NCBI GenBank assembly: GCA_965248355.1
Contig: OZ252098.1
Coordinates: 4,352,001 to 4,416,000 of the forward strand
DNA: 64,000 nt
Source of the DNA: Candidatus Latescibacterota bacterium
Lineage (GTDB): Bacteria > Latescibacterota > UBA2968 > UBA8231
Reading direction: 5' to 3'
Within the stretch, counting starts at the first letter, position 1. Each line of letters starts with the position of its first letter. Below, in pieces: positions 1 through 10,351 of this stretch. The notes below the pieces were generated by a model. It had not been told where the DNA came from. It was given only the letters and a program-made list of their open reading frames with translations, and ran no database searches. The position numbers and the translations under genes were made by a program.

Positions 1-1221
1 CTCGAGGACCACGATGGAGCTGTCCACGAGCATGCCCACGCCCAGGGCCAGCCCGCCGAGGGACATGATGTTGAGGCTCACGTCGGTGGCGTACATCAGG
101 AAGAAGGTGGCCGCCACCGAGATGGGGATCGACAGGCTGATGATCGCCGTGCTCTTGAGATGGCGCAGGAACAGGAAGAGGATGACGATGGCCAGCAGGC
201 CGCCGATGACGGCCGTCTTCAGGACCTCGTCCACCGACTGGGAGATGAACCGGGCCTGGTCGACGACGATCTCGACCTCGGCGTCACCGAGCAGGTCCCC
301 GAAGCGGGACTGGAACTCCTCCAGGCGTTCGCGCACCGCCGCCGAGACGCTCACCGTGTTCGCGTCGCCCTCCTTGAAGACGGCGATCTCCACGCCCTCC
401 CGGCCGTCGATGCGGGTCACCACGTCGCGCTCCTCGTGGCCGCGCACGACGCGCCCCACGTCGGACAGCTTCACCGGCGCCCCCTCGACCTGGGCGATGA
501 CGATCTGCTCGATGTCGGCGGGTCCCGTGAGCTCGTTCAGGGTGCGCACCAGGAACTCCGCCTCGCCGTCCTTCAGCAGGCCCCCCGTGAGGTTCACGTT
601 CTCCGCGGCCAGGCGCTGGGTCACCGCGCTGATGGGGATACCGAGGCTCGCCAGGCGCCGGGTCTCGATCTCGACCTGGAGCTCCTCCTCCAGGCCGCCC
701 TCGACGCGCACCGCCGCCACGCCCTCGAGGCTCTCCAGGTCCAGCCGCACGCGGTCCTCGGCGACCCGGCGCAGCTCCATGAGGCTGCCGCCGCCGTAGA
801 GGGCGATGCGCATGATCGGGTCGAGGGAGGGATCGAAGCGCAGCAGAATCGGGCTGCCGGCCTCCAGGGGCAGGTTGACGAGGTCGAGCTTCTCGCGCAG
901 GTCGAGGGAGGCGAAGTCCATGTCGGTGCCCCACTCGAATTCGACGATGACGTCGGACAGCCCCGGCCGGGAGACCGAACTGACGCGCACGACGCGGCTG
1001 ACCACGCCCACCAGCCCTTCGATCGGCTCCGAGATCAGCCGTTCGATTTCGGCCGGGGCCGTGCCCGGGTACTCGGTGCGGATGGTGATCGTCGGATAGG
1101 TGATGTCGGGCAGAAGGTTCACCGACAGCCGCGAGAACCCCACCAGGCCGAAGGCGGCCACGGCGACCATGATCATGGCCACCGTCACGCGCCGGGAGGT
1201 CGAGAATTCGACGAGCCTCAC
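1..1221 (-). CDS. RND efflux permease (AcrB/AcrD/AcrF family), 5' part; runs off the window edge
   Basis: Translated by hand (not in the ORF track): MRLVEFSTSRRVTVAMIMVAVAAFGLVGFSRLSVNLLPDITYPTITIRTEYPG...SLNIMSLGGLALGVGMLVDSSIVVLE, matching the AcrB TM1/PN1 and TM4 GMLVD motifs. The GTG start overlaps the TGA of the MFP gene (GTGA). Confidence 0.95.
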   Translation of the reverse strand, partial: MRLVEFSTSRRVTVAMIMVAVAAFGLVGFSRLSVNLLPDITYPTITIRTEYPGTAPAEIERLISEPIEGLVGVVSRVVRVSSVSRPGLSDVIVEFEWGTDMDFASLDLREKLDLVNLPLEAGSPILLRFDPSLDPIMRIALYGGGSLMELRRVAEDRVRLDLESLEGVAAVRVEGGLEEELQVEIETRRLASLGIPISAVTQRLAAENVNLTGGLLKDGEAEFLVRTLNELTGPADIEQIVIAQVEGAPVKLSDVGRVVRGHEERDVVTRIDGREGVEIAVFKEGDANTVSVSAAVRERLEEFQSRFGDLLGDAEVEIVVDQARFISQSVDEVLKTAVIGGLLAIVILFLFLRHLKSTAIISLSIPISVAATFFLMYATDVSLNIMSLGGLALGVGMLVDSSIVVLE

Positions 1222-2525
1222 CGGCTGCCCCCGCGGGCCCCGCTGCCCTCTCCACGGTCGGCCTGGCGGCTCTCGTCTCCGACGCCCCGGCCCTCGGCGA
1301 GACTCGACTTCACCTGCGTGTAGCGCTGCACCGCCGCCGCCTCGGTCATCCCTCGGCTCATGGCGCGGGTCACGAAGGTGGCCGAATCGGGCGGCGCTCT
1401 GCCGGCCTGGGGCCCCGCCGCCGCCTCCGGGACCGGAGGACCGCCCGTCTCGGCCGCCTCGCTCACTTCACCGACCTCGCCCACGACGCGCACGAGGGCG
1501 CCGTCCTTGAGGCCCTCGTGGCCCACGGTGATCACCTGGTCGGCGCCGGTCAGGCCCGACAGGACCTCGATGCGGTCGCCGTCGGCGTATCCGAGCTCCA
1601 CGCGCAGCCGATTGGCCCGGCCGTCGCGCACGACGAACACGTCATCCTGATCCGTCTCCAGGACCAGCGCCTTCTTGGGAATGATCAGGGCCTGGTCGTG
1701 CACCTCGGTGATGATGCGCACGGTGGTGAACATCCCGGGGCGCAGGGCGCTGGCGGGGGGTATGTCGAGGGTCACCTTGATCGTGCCGCTCGCCGGGTCG
1801 ACACCGGGGCTGATGCGGCGCACGATGGCGGGGAAGACCCGCCCCGGAAGGGCGTCGATCATCACCCGCGCGTGCTGGCCCGTGTGGATCTGGCCCATGC
1901 GCTTCTCGGGCACGCGGATCCGGGCCTGCAGGGGATCGACGTCGGCCATGGAGAACAGGACCTCGCTGGCGCGCACCAGGTCCCCCTGCTCCACCTGCCT
2001 CAGCATCACGATGCCGTCGATGGGGGCGCGGACATCGGTGTATTCCAGCGTCAGCTGCGCCTCCCGCAGGGCCACCTCCGCGCTCTCGAGCTGGTTGCCG
2101 GCGCTCTCGAACTCCTCCTGGCTCACCAGCTGCTGTCCGTGAAGGGCCCCGGTGCGCTCCAGGGCCGACCGGGCCTGGGCCAGGGCCACCTCCGCCTGCC
2201 TCACCCGGAGGCTGGCCTCCTCCTTCTCCAGGTGCAGGAGGATCTGCCCCTCCTTGACGCGGTCGCCTTCCTCGGCGCGCAGGTCCTCGGCGAGCCCCTG
2301 GGCCCGCGACACCACCTCCACCCAGCGCTCGGCCTCCAGGCGGGCATGGGTCTCCACGTAGCTGGTGATCTCGCCTCGCTCGACGGCCTCGGTGCGCACG
2401 GGCAGGGCCGCCTCCCCGCCCGGGGGGCCCCCTCCCCGGCCCGGCCAGGCCCCGGCCTCTTCCTCGCTGTCGCCGCAGCCGCCGAGCAAAGCCGCGGCGG
2501 CGATTCCGGTGATCCATCTTCTCAC
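1218..2525 (-). CDS. RND efflux periplasmic adaptor (membrane fusion) lipoprotein
   Basis: Lipobox LLGGC; AEEGDRVKEGQILL, VRAPIDG and ISPGVDPASGT MFP motifs. Start placed at GTG 2525, overlapping the TetR stop. Confidence 0.93.
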   Translation of the reverse strand: MRRWITGIAAAALLGGCGDSEEEAGAWPGRGGGPPGGEAALPVRTEAVERGEITSYVETHARLEAERWVEVVSRAQGLAEDLRAEEGDRVKEGQILLHLEKEEASLRVRQAEVALAQARSALERTGALHGQQLVSQEEFESAGNQLESAEVALREAQLTLEYTDVRAPIDGIVMLRQVEQGDLVRASEVLFSMADVDPLQARIRVPEKRMGQIHTGQHARVMIDALPGRVFPAIVRRISPGVDPASGTIKVTLDIPPASALRPGMFTTVRIITEVHDQALIIPKKALVLETDQDDVFVVRDGRANRLRVELGYADGDRIEVLSGLTGADQVITVGHEGLKDGALVRVVGEVGEVSEAAETGGPPVPEAAAGPQAGRAPPDSATFVTRAMSRGMTEAAAVQRYTQVKSSLAEGRGVGDESRQADRGEGSGARGGSR

Positions 2526-3175
2526 GGGCCATCTCCTCGAGACGGGTCTGTGTGCACATCGGGCCGGCGCACGCCGTGGAGGAACACGCGCACGACCTCG
2601 GAAACGAACTGGTCGGGCCCCAGGCCCCGCTCGTTGGACCGAATGCAGGACCGGATCATTCCAAGCAGGATCTGGGCGTCGGTATGCAGGTGGGGCACGG
2701 CGAAGGCGTCCCGCTCCTCGCCGTAGCGCAGGATCTGGGCGACGGCGTCGACCAGATCCGACCGCTGACCCTTCCAATGTTGCCGGTGCACGCGCCGGCG
2801 GGCGCTCTCGCCCTCGTCCCGCCCCATGAGCCGGAAGAGGTAGCGGTTGCGGCTCATGTACAGCACCACGGCGCGCACTGCGTGCTCCAGGCGGTCCACC
2901 GGATCGGGGCTCGTCACCTCGCAGCGGAGCTGGCGCTGCAACTCCTCGAAGCCCTCGGTGAGGACGGTGAGATAGAGGGATTCCTTGTCCGCGAAGTAGC
3001 GGTAGATCGTCCCCTTGGCCACGCCCGCCCTGTCGGCCACGTCGTCCATCAGGACCTCGTCGAAGCGGCCCTCCGCGAAGAGCCGCTCGGCGGCCTCCAG
3101 GATCGCTTTGCGCCGTCTCTGCTGGACCGGGCTCAGGCTGGAGGTGGGATCCGGATTCCGCAAAGGGCTGTCCAA
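2522..3175 (-). CDS. TetR/AcrR family transcriptional regulator
   Basis: ILEAAERLFAEGRF...DDVADRAGVAKGTIYRYFADKESL HTH; first gene of the efflux operon. Confidence 0.95.
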   Translation of the reverse strand: MDSPLRNPDPTSSLSPVQQRRRKAILEAAERLFAEGRFDEVLMDDVADRAGVAKGTIYRYFADKESLYLTVLTEGFEELQRQLRCEVTSPDPVDRLEHAVRAVVLYMSRNRYLFRLMGRDEGESARRRVHRQHWKGQRSDLVDAVAQILRYGEERDAFAVPHLHTDAQILLGMIRSCIRSNERGLGPDQFVSEVVRVFLHGVRRPDVHTDPSRGDGP

Positions 3176-3188
3176 TACGGGATAGATG

Positions 3189-3202
3189 ACTGACCGGTCA
3201 GT
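3189..3202. promoter_or_regulatory. Putative TetR operator palindrome ACTGACCGGTCAGT
   Basis: Perfect 14-bp palindrome just upstream of the TetR start and downstream of a minus-strand TTGACA (3240-3245). This is the usual autoregulatory position. Confidence 0.7.
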
Positions 3203-3275
3203 TCAATTCCCGGAAGAATGTGCGGGGGAGATCCTCTGTTGTCAACGGCGGAAGCGCCGCGACCGCGGGTCGGTC

Positions 3276-4046
3276 TCAGGCGACGCGGAAGCTGGAGGGC
3301 GTGTAGCTCAGGGTCTGGCCCACCTCGAGGGCGGCCACCCTGGTACCCGCGGCGAGAAACTCGACTCCCTTGCGCAGCTCCTCGATATCGGCGGGCTGCC
3401 CCATCATCTCGCCGTAGTGACAGGGGATCACGACATCGGGACGGATCAGGCTGGCGGCGCGGGCGGCCTCGCGGACCCCCATGGTGAACTTCCCGCCCAC
3501 GGGCAGGATCGCCACCTGGGGTCCGTACATCTGTCCGATGAGCTGCATGTCGGAGAACAGGCAGGTGTCGGCCGAGTCGTAGATGGTGACGCCGTCGTCG
3601 AAGGAGAGGACGAAGCCGGCCACGGCCCCGTCGGGCCGGAAGTACTCGTCCCCGGAGGGCGCCCCCTTGGCCAGGTTCGGAGACATGGACAGGGAGTGAT
3701 GGGCCTGGGTCATGGTGAGGGTCACGTCCCCGATCTTCGTCGAGCCCCCCGGGTTCAGGGGGACGGCCGTGTCGCCGAGCTCCAGGCCGTGGGCCTCGGC
3801 TACCAGGCACATCTCGTAGCAGCCGACGAACCTGGCCTGGGTGCGGCGGCAGATCTCGAAGGAGTCGCCCACGTGATCCTGGTGTCCGTGGGAGGCGATG
3901 ACGATGTCCGCCTTGCGGACCTGGGAGAGCCGCAGGCGGGCGGTGGGGTTCTCGTCGAGCCAGGCGTCGAAATAGATCACCGTCCCCTCTCCGGACTCGA
4001 AACGGAAGGAGGCGTGACCGAGGAAGGTGATGGCCGTCTTGGCCAT
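3276..4046 (-). CDS. Metal-dependent hydrolase, metallo-beta-lactamase fold (UPF0173-like)
   Basis: FLGHASF, SHGHQDHVGD (HxHxDH), ILPVGGKFTMG, IPCHYG. Confidence 0.9.
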   Translation of the reverse strand: MAKTAITFLGHASFRFESGEGTVIYFDAWLDENPTARLRLSQVRKADIVIASHGHQDHVGDSFEICRRTQARFVGCYEMCLVAEAHGLELGDTAVPLNPGGSTKIGDVTLTMTQAHHSLSMSPNLAKGAPSGDEYFRPDGAVAGFVLSFDDGVTIYDSADTCLFSDMQLIGQMYGPQVAILPVGGKFTMGVREAARAASLIRPDVVIPCHYGEMMGQPADIEELRKGVEFLAAGTRVAALEVGQTLSYTPSSFRVA

Positions 4047-4061
4047 GGCGAGTTCTCCGGG

Positions 4062-6455
4062 TTAGCTGGTGAGTTCGGTGTCCTCGCGGCTGCGCACGGG
4101 CGAGGCGCTGAGCCGGTCCGTGCGGATCACCTCGCCCGTCCCGCGGTCGACCTGCCCGAATTCCAGGACCCCGGTGGGGCAGGACTCGACGCAGGCCGAA
4201 CAGCGGACGCACTCGGGATCGGCCATGGGCAGTCCCTTGTTGGCGAAGTTCATCACGTCGATCCCCTGGTGGCAGACGGAGGTGCACACGTTGCAGGAGA
4301 TGCACTTCTTCTTGTCGGCGAGGATCCGGAAGCGGCTGAAGCGCGCGTAGATGTGCATCAGCGCCGCCAGCGGGCAGGCGAAGCGGCACCAGACGCGGCC
4401 GCTGAACCAGAAGTAGGCGCCGTAGCCGACGATGCCCGCCAGCAGCAGGTCGACCGCCCACTTGTAGTTCAACTGTATGCCGAGGGGCTTCCAGCCGTAG
4501 AGCAGGCCGGCGTAGAAGGCGGCGAGGCCGCTGCCCAGACTGGTGTCGGGCCAGATCCAGCTGACGACGCGCGTTGCCAGCAGGAGGAAGCAGATCAGCA
4601 GGATCACCTGGCCCAGCATGTTCGTCCTGTTCCAGGCGGCCCCGTGGGGCATCTTGTGGCGGTGGGTGTCCCCCAGGGTCTCGGCCATGGCGCCGCAGGA
4701 GCAGATCCAGCCGCAGTACGCCCCCTTGCCCCAGAAGTAGATGATCAGCGGGATGATGACGAAGGTCTGCACGAGGCTGATGCCCAGCCACCACCAGAGG
4801 GGCTGCGAGGTGAAGACGTTCCAGATGAACAGGGGCCAGGCGAGAACGAGACCGAAGGCGCGCCAGTACTCGCGGCCGTGGCCGTAGTCGACGGCCGGGA
4901 ACAGGGCGTCGGCGAAGCTCTTCCCGGAGCCGCTGTCGAACCAGCCGTTGTACCCGAGCCAGGGCAGCAGGAGGTAGGGCAGCAGGAACAGGGGCACCAC
5001 CTGCACCGCGGCCAGGGTCCAGGTCTGCACCTTGACGTACGGGGTGCGCCGGCGGCGGATGCGTTTTACTCCGAACAGGACGACGAGGGCGGAGTAGAGC
5101 AGGCTGTAGTAGAAGCCGGGTTCGCCGAGATTGAGGTTGAGGGTTCCGAGGAGGGTCGCCGGGTCCGAGGCCATGGCGCCGAGGGCTCCGCCGGTCTGGC
5201 TCAGAAGGGAGGGAACGTTGAAAGGAAACCAGGTGCTTCCCTGGAACCAGCGGGTCAGGGAGCCGCCGGCCTTCCAGTTGTAGACGAAGGCGCACAGGGC
5301 CATGAAGAGGCCGAGGCCGGTCCACTCCCGCCGCCCCATCTCGCCCCGGATGCGCACCCCCGAGCGCCGGAAGAACTCCAGCGGCGCCTCCCGGCCGATC
5401 ATGGTGAAGACCGCGTTGTTGGGCAGCCGCACCTCTTCGCCCCCGGCATCGGAGAGCATCACCCCGCGCGGCTCGATGCCGAGCACCTTGGAGGACATCA
5501 TGCGGCTGATCGATCCGGGCCGGCGCTCGTCCTCGAGGAAGGGCCCGCTCGAGGTGGTCACGCGCTCCGAGGACGGGGTGTCGACGGAGACGTCCGCCAT
5601 GGGGTCGGCGGCCAGGGCCTCGAGGCGCTCCACGTTCTCCGGCTTCGGCCGCGAGAACTCGGGCCGGCGGTAGGACAGGGTCACCCGTCCGCCGGCGGTG
5701 GCCACGGCGATGGCCGTCTCCATGGCGCTGTCGCCGCCGCCGACGACGAGCACGTCCTGGCCGGCGTAGTCCTTGGGGTCGTGCAGGCGGTTGGAGACCT
5801 TGTCGAGGTCCTCGCCGGCCACGCCGAGCTGGCGGAAGTTCCCGGAGCGGCCGATGCCGACGACGACGCGGAGCGCCCGCAGGTCCTCGCCCTCCGGGAT
5901 GACCACGGTGAAGTGGCCGCCGGACCGCTCCACGCGCTCCACCCGCGTCATGCGGGGCTGGATGCCGCGCTCGAGGGTCTGCTCCCGGAGCTCGGCCACC
6001 AGCGGCTCCTTGACCTCGGCCGTGAGCTGCAGGTCTCCGGCTGGCGTCATCTCCCGGGGGTAGGTGTAGATCGGCTTGCCCTTGGGAAAGTTGACGACCG
6101 TGGAGAAGGGCTCCGTGGCCTCGAGGACCTCGAACTCCAGGCCGGCCTCGCGCGCGGCCAGGGCCGCCGCCATGCCGGAGACGCCGGCGCCGACGATGAC
6201 CACGTCCAGCACCCCCTCGGGACCTCCGGCCGAACGCTGCCGCTGGAAGTCCTCGTCAGCGAGGATGTCGGCGATGGCCAGGGCGCCGCTGTTGGAGGAG
6301 AACTTCAGCAGCGGGATGCCGGTCAGGTCCCCCACGATGTAGAGGCCGGGGACATTGCTGCGGTAGCGGCCGTCCACCTCCGGCAGCTTCTCCACCGTGC
6401 CGGCGGGCCACCGCCCGTGCAGCCAGCGCCCGTACCGATGAATCATGGATGCCAT
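4062..6455 (-). CDS. FAD/NAD(P)H oxidoreductase (TrxB/YpdA-like) fused to a NapH/FixG-like polytopic membrane 4Fe-4S domain
   Basis: VGAGVSG and VGGGDSA Rossmann motifs; several TM helices; CGWICSCG and CRFACP motifs; CISCNVCTSVC and CVRCSACVESCP ferredoxin motifs. Confidence 0.85.
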   Translation of the reverse strand: MASMIHRYGRWLHGRWPAGTVEKLPEVDGRYRSNVPGLYIVGDLTGIPLLKFSSNSGALAIADILADEDFQRQRSAGGPEGVLDVVIVGAGVSGMAAALAAREAGLEFEVLEATEPFSTVVNFPKGKPIYTYPREMTPAGDLQLTAEVKEPLVAELREQTLERGIQPRMTRVERVERSGGHFTVVIPEGEDLRALRVVVGIGRSGNFRQLGVAGEDLDKVSNRLHDPKDYAGQDVLVVGGGDSAMETAIAVATAGGRVTLSYRRPEFSRPKPENVERLEALAADPMADVSVDTPSSERVTTSSGPFLEDERRPGSISRMMSSKVLGIEPRGVMLSDAGGEEVRLPNNAVFTMIGREAPLEFFRRSGVRIRGEMGRREWTGLGLFMALCAFVYNWKAGGSLTRWFQGSTWFPFNVPSLLSQTGGALGAMASDPATLLGTLNLNLGEPGFYYSLLYSALVVLFGVKRIRRRRTPYVKVQTWTLAAVQVVPLFLLPYLLLPWLGYNGWFDSGSGKSFADALFPAVDYGHGREYWRAFGLVLAWPLFIWNVFTSQPLWWWLGISLVQTFVIIPLIIYFWGKGAYCGWICSCGAMAETLGDTHRHKMPHGAAWNRTNMLGQVILLICFLLLATRVVSWIWPDTSLGSGLAAFYAGLLYGWKPLGIQLNYKWAVDLLLAGIVGYGAYFWFSGRVWCRFACPLAALMHIYARFSRFRILADKKKCISCNVCTSVCHQGIDVMNFANKGLPMADPECVRCSACVESCPTGVLEFGQVDRGTGEVIRTDRLSASPVRSREDTELTS

Positions 6456-6468
6456 GCGGGGTTCCCCC

Positions 6469-7917
6469 TCAGCGGGCCAAGGTCATCGTTCGCTGCTCGG
6501 ACAGGCCCCGGGCGGGCATCTCCAGGCGGTAGTGGTAGATGCCGCTGGCCACGGCGCGGCCGGACTCGTCGGCGCCGTCCCAGTCGACCACGTAGCGGCC
6601 GGGGCGGTGACGGCCATCGGCCAGGGTGCGTACCCGCTGGCCAACGGCGTTGTAGACCGTGAGGGAGGCCTCGCCGTGGGCCGGCAGCGCGAACTGGATG
6701 CGCGTCCTCGGGTTGAAGGGGTTCGGGTAGTTCGGGTCCAACTCGAAGCTTTGCGGGACGGACTCGCCTTCGGGATCGAGCACGGCGGTGTCCGGCGGCT
6801 CGTCGATGATCCCGTCCCCGGCCCGCCACACCGTGCTCTGCGGCCAGTAGGTGCTCCAGGCGAACCACATGGAGTTGTAGGCCGGCAGCTGCGCGAGCTG
6901 CTCCCCCTCGAGCGTCCCCTCCACGGCCCGGCCGAGCAGGTCCCAGGTGGTGCCGGTCTCCACGTCGCGGAACTCGGGGAGCTGGCCGGAGGGATCGACC
7001 TGGTAGAAGGTGAGGGTCCGTCCGTCGACGCGGCGGCTGTAGGGCAGGGCGGTCTGCGAGTCTTCGTGGAAGACGACCAGGAGGGGCTCGCCGCCGAGCT
7101 CGTCGTTGATCACCGCCTCGGGGGACATGTCACGGAATGCGTACGCCCGCAGCTCATCTCCCAGGCAGATGCCCAGGACCAGCTCCTTGGCCAGGTAGAC
7201 GGAGAGGTCCGGGGTGCCCGTAGTCCACAGGAAGATGAAGAAGTCGTGGTCGGTGCGGTAGTTGCCGTACGGATAGTCGCGGAAGTAGATCGGCTTGGAG
7301 TAGCGGCTCTGCTGCCCTTGGGGATAGCGGTCGAGCCCGGTCCCGGAGAGGGCCACCTCGCTGTCGGGGTACATCCGCTTCCACATCTCGAAGGTCGTCA
7401 CGATCGCCGGCAGCAGCTCCAGCTGCTCGCCCATGTAGGCGCCGTTGATGCCGGTGTAGATCATCTGCGGGTACAGGGTCGTGTCGTCCCGGCGGTCGTA
7501 CATCACCAGGTTGGAGTTGATCAGCAGCCCCGAGACGCCGAACTCGATCTGGCGGCCGTCCTCGGCGGTGGCGTCGAAGACCTGGGGCGTCCCCGTGAGC
7601 GGGCACAGGGTCACGGAGATGAACCCGTCGCCGATCCGGTCGTTGATGATCTCGTGCCACCAGCCCAGGTTCTCGGGATAGGCCTTCACCTCGCCGCCGC
7701 GCGCGACGCCGATGACAAGGTCCGTCTCGGCGACGTAGTCGATCTCCGACGCCGGCCCGAAGTCCGGGTTGGTGACGGCCGGGATGCCGTCGACGGGCGG
7801 GCCCCCCGACCGCAGGTGCCCGGTCAGTGCGTCCAGATCCTCAAAGGGGAAGGGGCCGCCGGGCCAGGCGGGCGCGGCGAGCCAGCAGAGGATTGCGCAA
7901 CGGGAGAGGGTCTTCAT
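6469..7917 (-). CDS. Secreted DUF3179-family protein with C-terminal FlgD-Ig/T9SS-like domain
   Basis: GPPVDGIPA, WHEIIND, CPLTG, FGVSGLLINSNLVMYDR and FAWSTYWP motifs; C-terminal NYPNPFNP...WDG...SGIY; signal peptide. Confidence 0.85.
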   Translation of the reverse strand: MKTLSRCAILCWLAAPAWPGGPFPFEDLDALTGHLRSGGPPVDGIPAVTNPDFGPASEIDYVAETDLVIGVARGGEVKAYPENLGWWHEIINDRIGDGFISVTLCPLTGTPQVFDATAEDGRQIEFGVSGLLINSNLVMYDRRDDTTLYPQMIYTGINGAYMGEQLELLPAIVTTFEMWKRMYPDSEVALSGTGLDRYPQGQQSRYSKPIYFRDYPYGNYRTDHDFFIFLWTTGTPDLSVYLAKELVLGICLGDELRAYAFRDMSPEAVINDELGGEPLLVVFHEDSQTALPYSRRVDGRTLTFYQVDPSGQLPEFRDVETGTTWDLLGRAVEGTLEGEQLAQLPAYNSMWFAWSTYWPQSTVWRAGDGIIDEPPDTAVLDPEGESVPQSFELDPNYPNPFNPRTRIQFALPAHGEASLTVYNAVGQRVRTLADGRHRPGRYVVDWDGADESGRAVASGIYHYRLEMPARGLSEQRTMTLAR

Positions 7918-7975
7918 GCGGCCATCCGTTCAACGGGTTCGGTAAGGTAGGCAGAAGTCCGGCCGGCCGCAGCCC

Positions 7976-7999
7976 GCGATACCGGGATCCCGGTATCGC
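7976..7999. repeat. Perfect 24-bp palindrome GCGATACCGGGATCCCGGTATCGC, possible terminator or stabilising hairpin
   Basis: Lies directly after the DUF255 gene stop. The half-site GATACCGGGATC recurs at 8013-8024. No U-tract. Confidence 0.55.
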
Positions 8000-10351
8000 C
8001 TAGTCGCCTATGGATACCGGGATCGTGCCGACCACTTCCACCGGCAGCAGGCAGAGCTCGTCGTCGCAGGCCTGGTAGCGGACGGCGGCGCGCAGGACAC
8101 CCTGCGCCGGCGGCGCGTCCTCCTCGGCCGCAAGCCTCGACACCACATCCACCTTCCCACCCCAGACCGCCAGGGTCTCGGCCAGCGAGGGAAAGGGCAA
8201 CGGACGGGAGGCCGGGTACTCGACCTCGATCTGACGCAGGGTCACCCCGGCGGGGTTCACCGTGACCGTGGTCGGCACGAGACCGGCCGCGGCCGGATTG
8301 GCGTTTACGTGCCAGCCCTCGGCGATCTCCAGACTCACCGTGAGACGGGCCGGTTCCCCGGGGGCCAGCCTCGGCGGATCCAGGGCGAAGGCGACCTTCA
8401 CGACGGAATCGCCCGACGCCGGCATCTCCTGGAGCCGCCGCGGCGGCGGCACGGCGGCCACCCCCGCGGCGGGCGCGCTGCCGGCCGTTGAGCGCAGCCA
8501 GGCCCGCATGGCCGCGATCATGTGCGCGTAGGCGCCCGGCGCCGAGGCGATGCTGCCGCCGAAGGCCCGCATGCACTCCACGGCCGCCTCCGTGTAGCGG
8601 GCCTCCCCGGCCGCTTCGCCCAGCTCCAGCAGCACCTGCGCGGCCACCGCGTTGGCCGACGGCAGGGCGCCGTCGTAGGCCACCTTGCTGCGCGCGATCA
8701 GGTCCTGGCCCCCCGAGGTGAAGAAGAAACCCCCGCCGCCGTCGACGTCGCGGAAACGGTCGATCATGGCGTCGGCCACGGACCGCGCCTCTTCGAGCCA
8801 GCGCGGCCTCCCGCTGGCCCGGTGCAAGGCCAGCAGACCGTCGGCGAGGTGGGCGTAGTCCTCCAGGTATCCTTCGTAGCGGGAGGCACCGGCGCGATGG
8901 ACGCGGTACAGCCCGCCGCCGGCGCGCAGGTGCTCCAGCACGAACCGCGCCGCCGCCTCGGCCTCGGCGATGGCGGCGGTGTCGCCGAGGGCCGCTCCCG
9001 CCTCGGCGGCGGCGGCGATCATCATGCCGTTCCAGGCGGTGATCACCTTGTCGTCCAGCAGCGGATAGGTGCGCGACCGACGGGCTTGATGGAGGCGCCG
9101 GAACGAGGCCTCAAGCGAGCCCCGCAGGGCGCCTTGGCCGACGCCGAGCCGGTCCGCCGCCGAATCGATGCCGGTGCGCTGGAACAGGGCGCCGCCCTCT
9201 CCTTCGGGCACCGGGGCCAGCCCGTAGGCGGCCAAGAGGGTATCCGCCGCTCCCCCGCCCAGGATCTCGCGTATCCGCGCCTCCGTCCAGGTGTAGTACT
9301 TGCCTTCCACGTGCTCGGACTCCGCGTCGAGGGCCGAGTAGTAGGCGCCCTCGGCGGAGGTCATCTCCCGGCGGACGTAGCGCAGGATCCCCTCGGCGAC
9401 CCGGCGCCAGCGATCGTCCCCCGTGGATGCGTAGGCGCGCGCGTACAGCCGCAGCATCTGGGCCTGGTTGTAGAGCATCTTCTCGAAGTGGGGCACGCGC
9501 CAGCGGGCGTCGGTGGCGTAGCGGTGGAACCCGCCGCCCACGTGGTCCTGGAGACCGCCGCGGGCCATCGCCTCCAGCGAGCGCCGGAGGATTCGCCCCG
9601 CCTCCGCGTCCCCCTCCTCGGCGTCGATCTGCCGGAGCAGCTCGAGGCGCATGGTGGGCGGGAACTTCGGGGCTCCGCCGAAGCCCCCGTTCTCGCTGTC
9701 GTAAAGGGCCTTGATCCGCTCCACCGCCGCCGCGACCACGTCGATCGCAGGCTCGCGCGGCTCATCCGTCAGCGCCTGGGCCCGCCGCACTCGCTCGGCC
9801 ATTCCCGAGGCCACCCGATCCACCTCTGGCCGGCGTTCGGTCCAGGCCGCGCGCATCGCCTCCAGCACGCGTGGGAACCCGGGCCGCCCCGGAAGGTCGC
9901 CGGGCGGGAAGTAGGTGCCGGCGTAGAACGGCTCCAGCGAGGGCGTGAGGAACACGGAGTTGGGCCAGCCGCCGTGGCCGGAGAGGATCTGCGTCGCCGT
10001 CATGTAGATGGCGTCCACGTCGGGCCGCTCCTCGCGGTCGACCTTGATGTTGACGAACCCGGCGTTCATCAGGGCCGCGATCTCCGGGTCGGAGAACACC
10101 TCGCGCTCCATGACGTGGCACCAGTAGCAGGTGGAGTAGCCCACGGAGAGGAAGATCGGGCGGTCCTCGCTGCGGGCGAGGGCCAGCGCCTCCGGCCCCC
10201 AGGGGTACCAGTCGACCGGGTTGCCGGCGTGGAGCAGCAGGTAGGGGCTGGTTTCGGCGGCCAGCCGGTTGGCGGGGGCGGCGGCGGGCTCGGAAGGGCC
10301 GGCGCAGGCGGCGGCGAGTGCGGCCGCGAGGAGCCCCGCCAGGGCGGTCAC
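8000..10351 (-). CDS. Thioredoxin domain-containing DUF255/YyaL (SSP411-like) lipoprotein with C-terminal DsbD/DsbC-like Ig domain
   Basis: [54 protein letters not shown]-terminal GWHVNANP...[13 protein letters not shown] start at 10351 overlaps the upstream stop. Confidence 0.9.
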   Translation of the reverse strand: MTALAGLLAAALAAACAGPSEPAAAPANRLAAETSPYLLLHAGNPVDWYPWGPEALALARSEDRPIFLSVGYSTCYWCHVMEREVFSDPEIAALMNAGFVNIKVDREERPDVDAIYMTATQILSGHGGWPNSVFLTPSLEPFYAGTYFPPGDLPGRPGFPRVLEAMRAAWTERRPEVDRVASGMAERVRRAQALTDEPREPAIDVVAAAVERIKALYDSENGGFGGAPKFPPTMRLELLRQIDAEEGDAEAGRILRRSLEAMARGGLQDHVGGGFHRYATDARWRVPHFEKMLYNQAQMLRLYARAYASTGDDRWRRVAEGILRYVRREMTSAEGAYYSALDAESEHVEGKYYTWTEARIREILGGGAADTLLAAYGLAPVPEGEGGALFQRTGIDSAADRLGVGQGALRGSLEASFRRLHQARRSRTYPLLDDKVITAWNGMMIAAAAEAGAALGDTAAIAEAEAAARFVLEHLRAGGGLYRVHRAGASRYEGYLEDYAHLADGLLALHRASGRPRWLEEARSVADAMIDRFRDVDGGGGFFFTSGGQDLIARSKVAYDGALPSANAVAAQVLLELGEAAGEARYTEAAVECMRAFGGSIASAPGAYAHMIAAMRAWLRSTAGSAPAAGVAAVPPPRRLQEMPASGDSVVKVAFALDPPRLAPGEPARLTVSLEIAEGWHVNANPAAAGLVPTTVTVNPAGVTLRQIEVEYPASRPLPFPSLAETLAVWGGKVDVVSRLAAEEDAPPAQGVLRAAVRYQACDDELCLLPVEVVGTIPVSIGD

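Noticed and set aside
6469..7917. Selenocysteine in the DUF3179 protein
   Set aside because: The motif reads CPLT and the ORF has no in-frame TGA.
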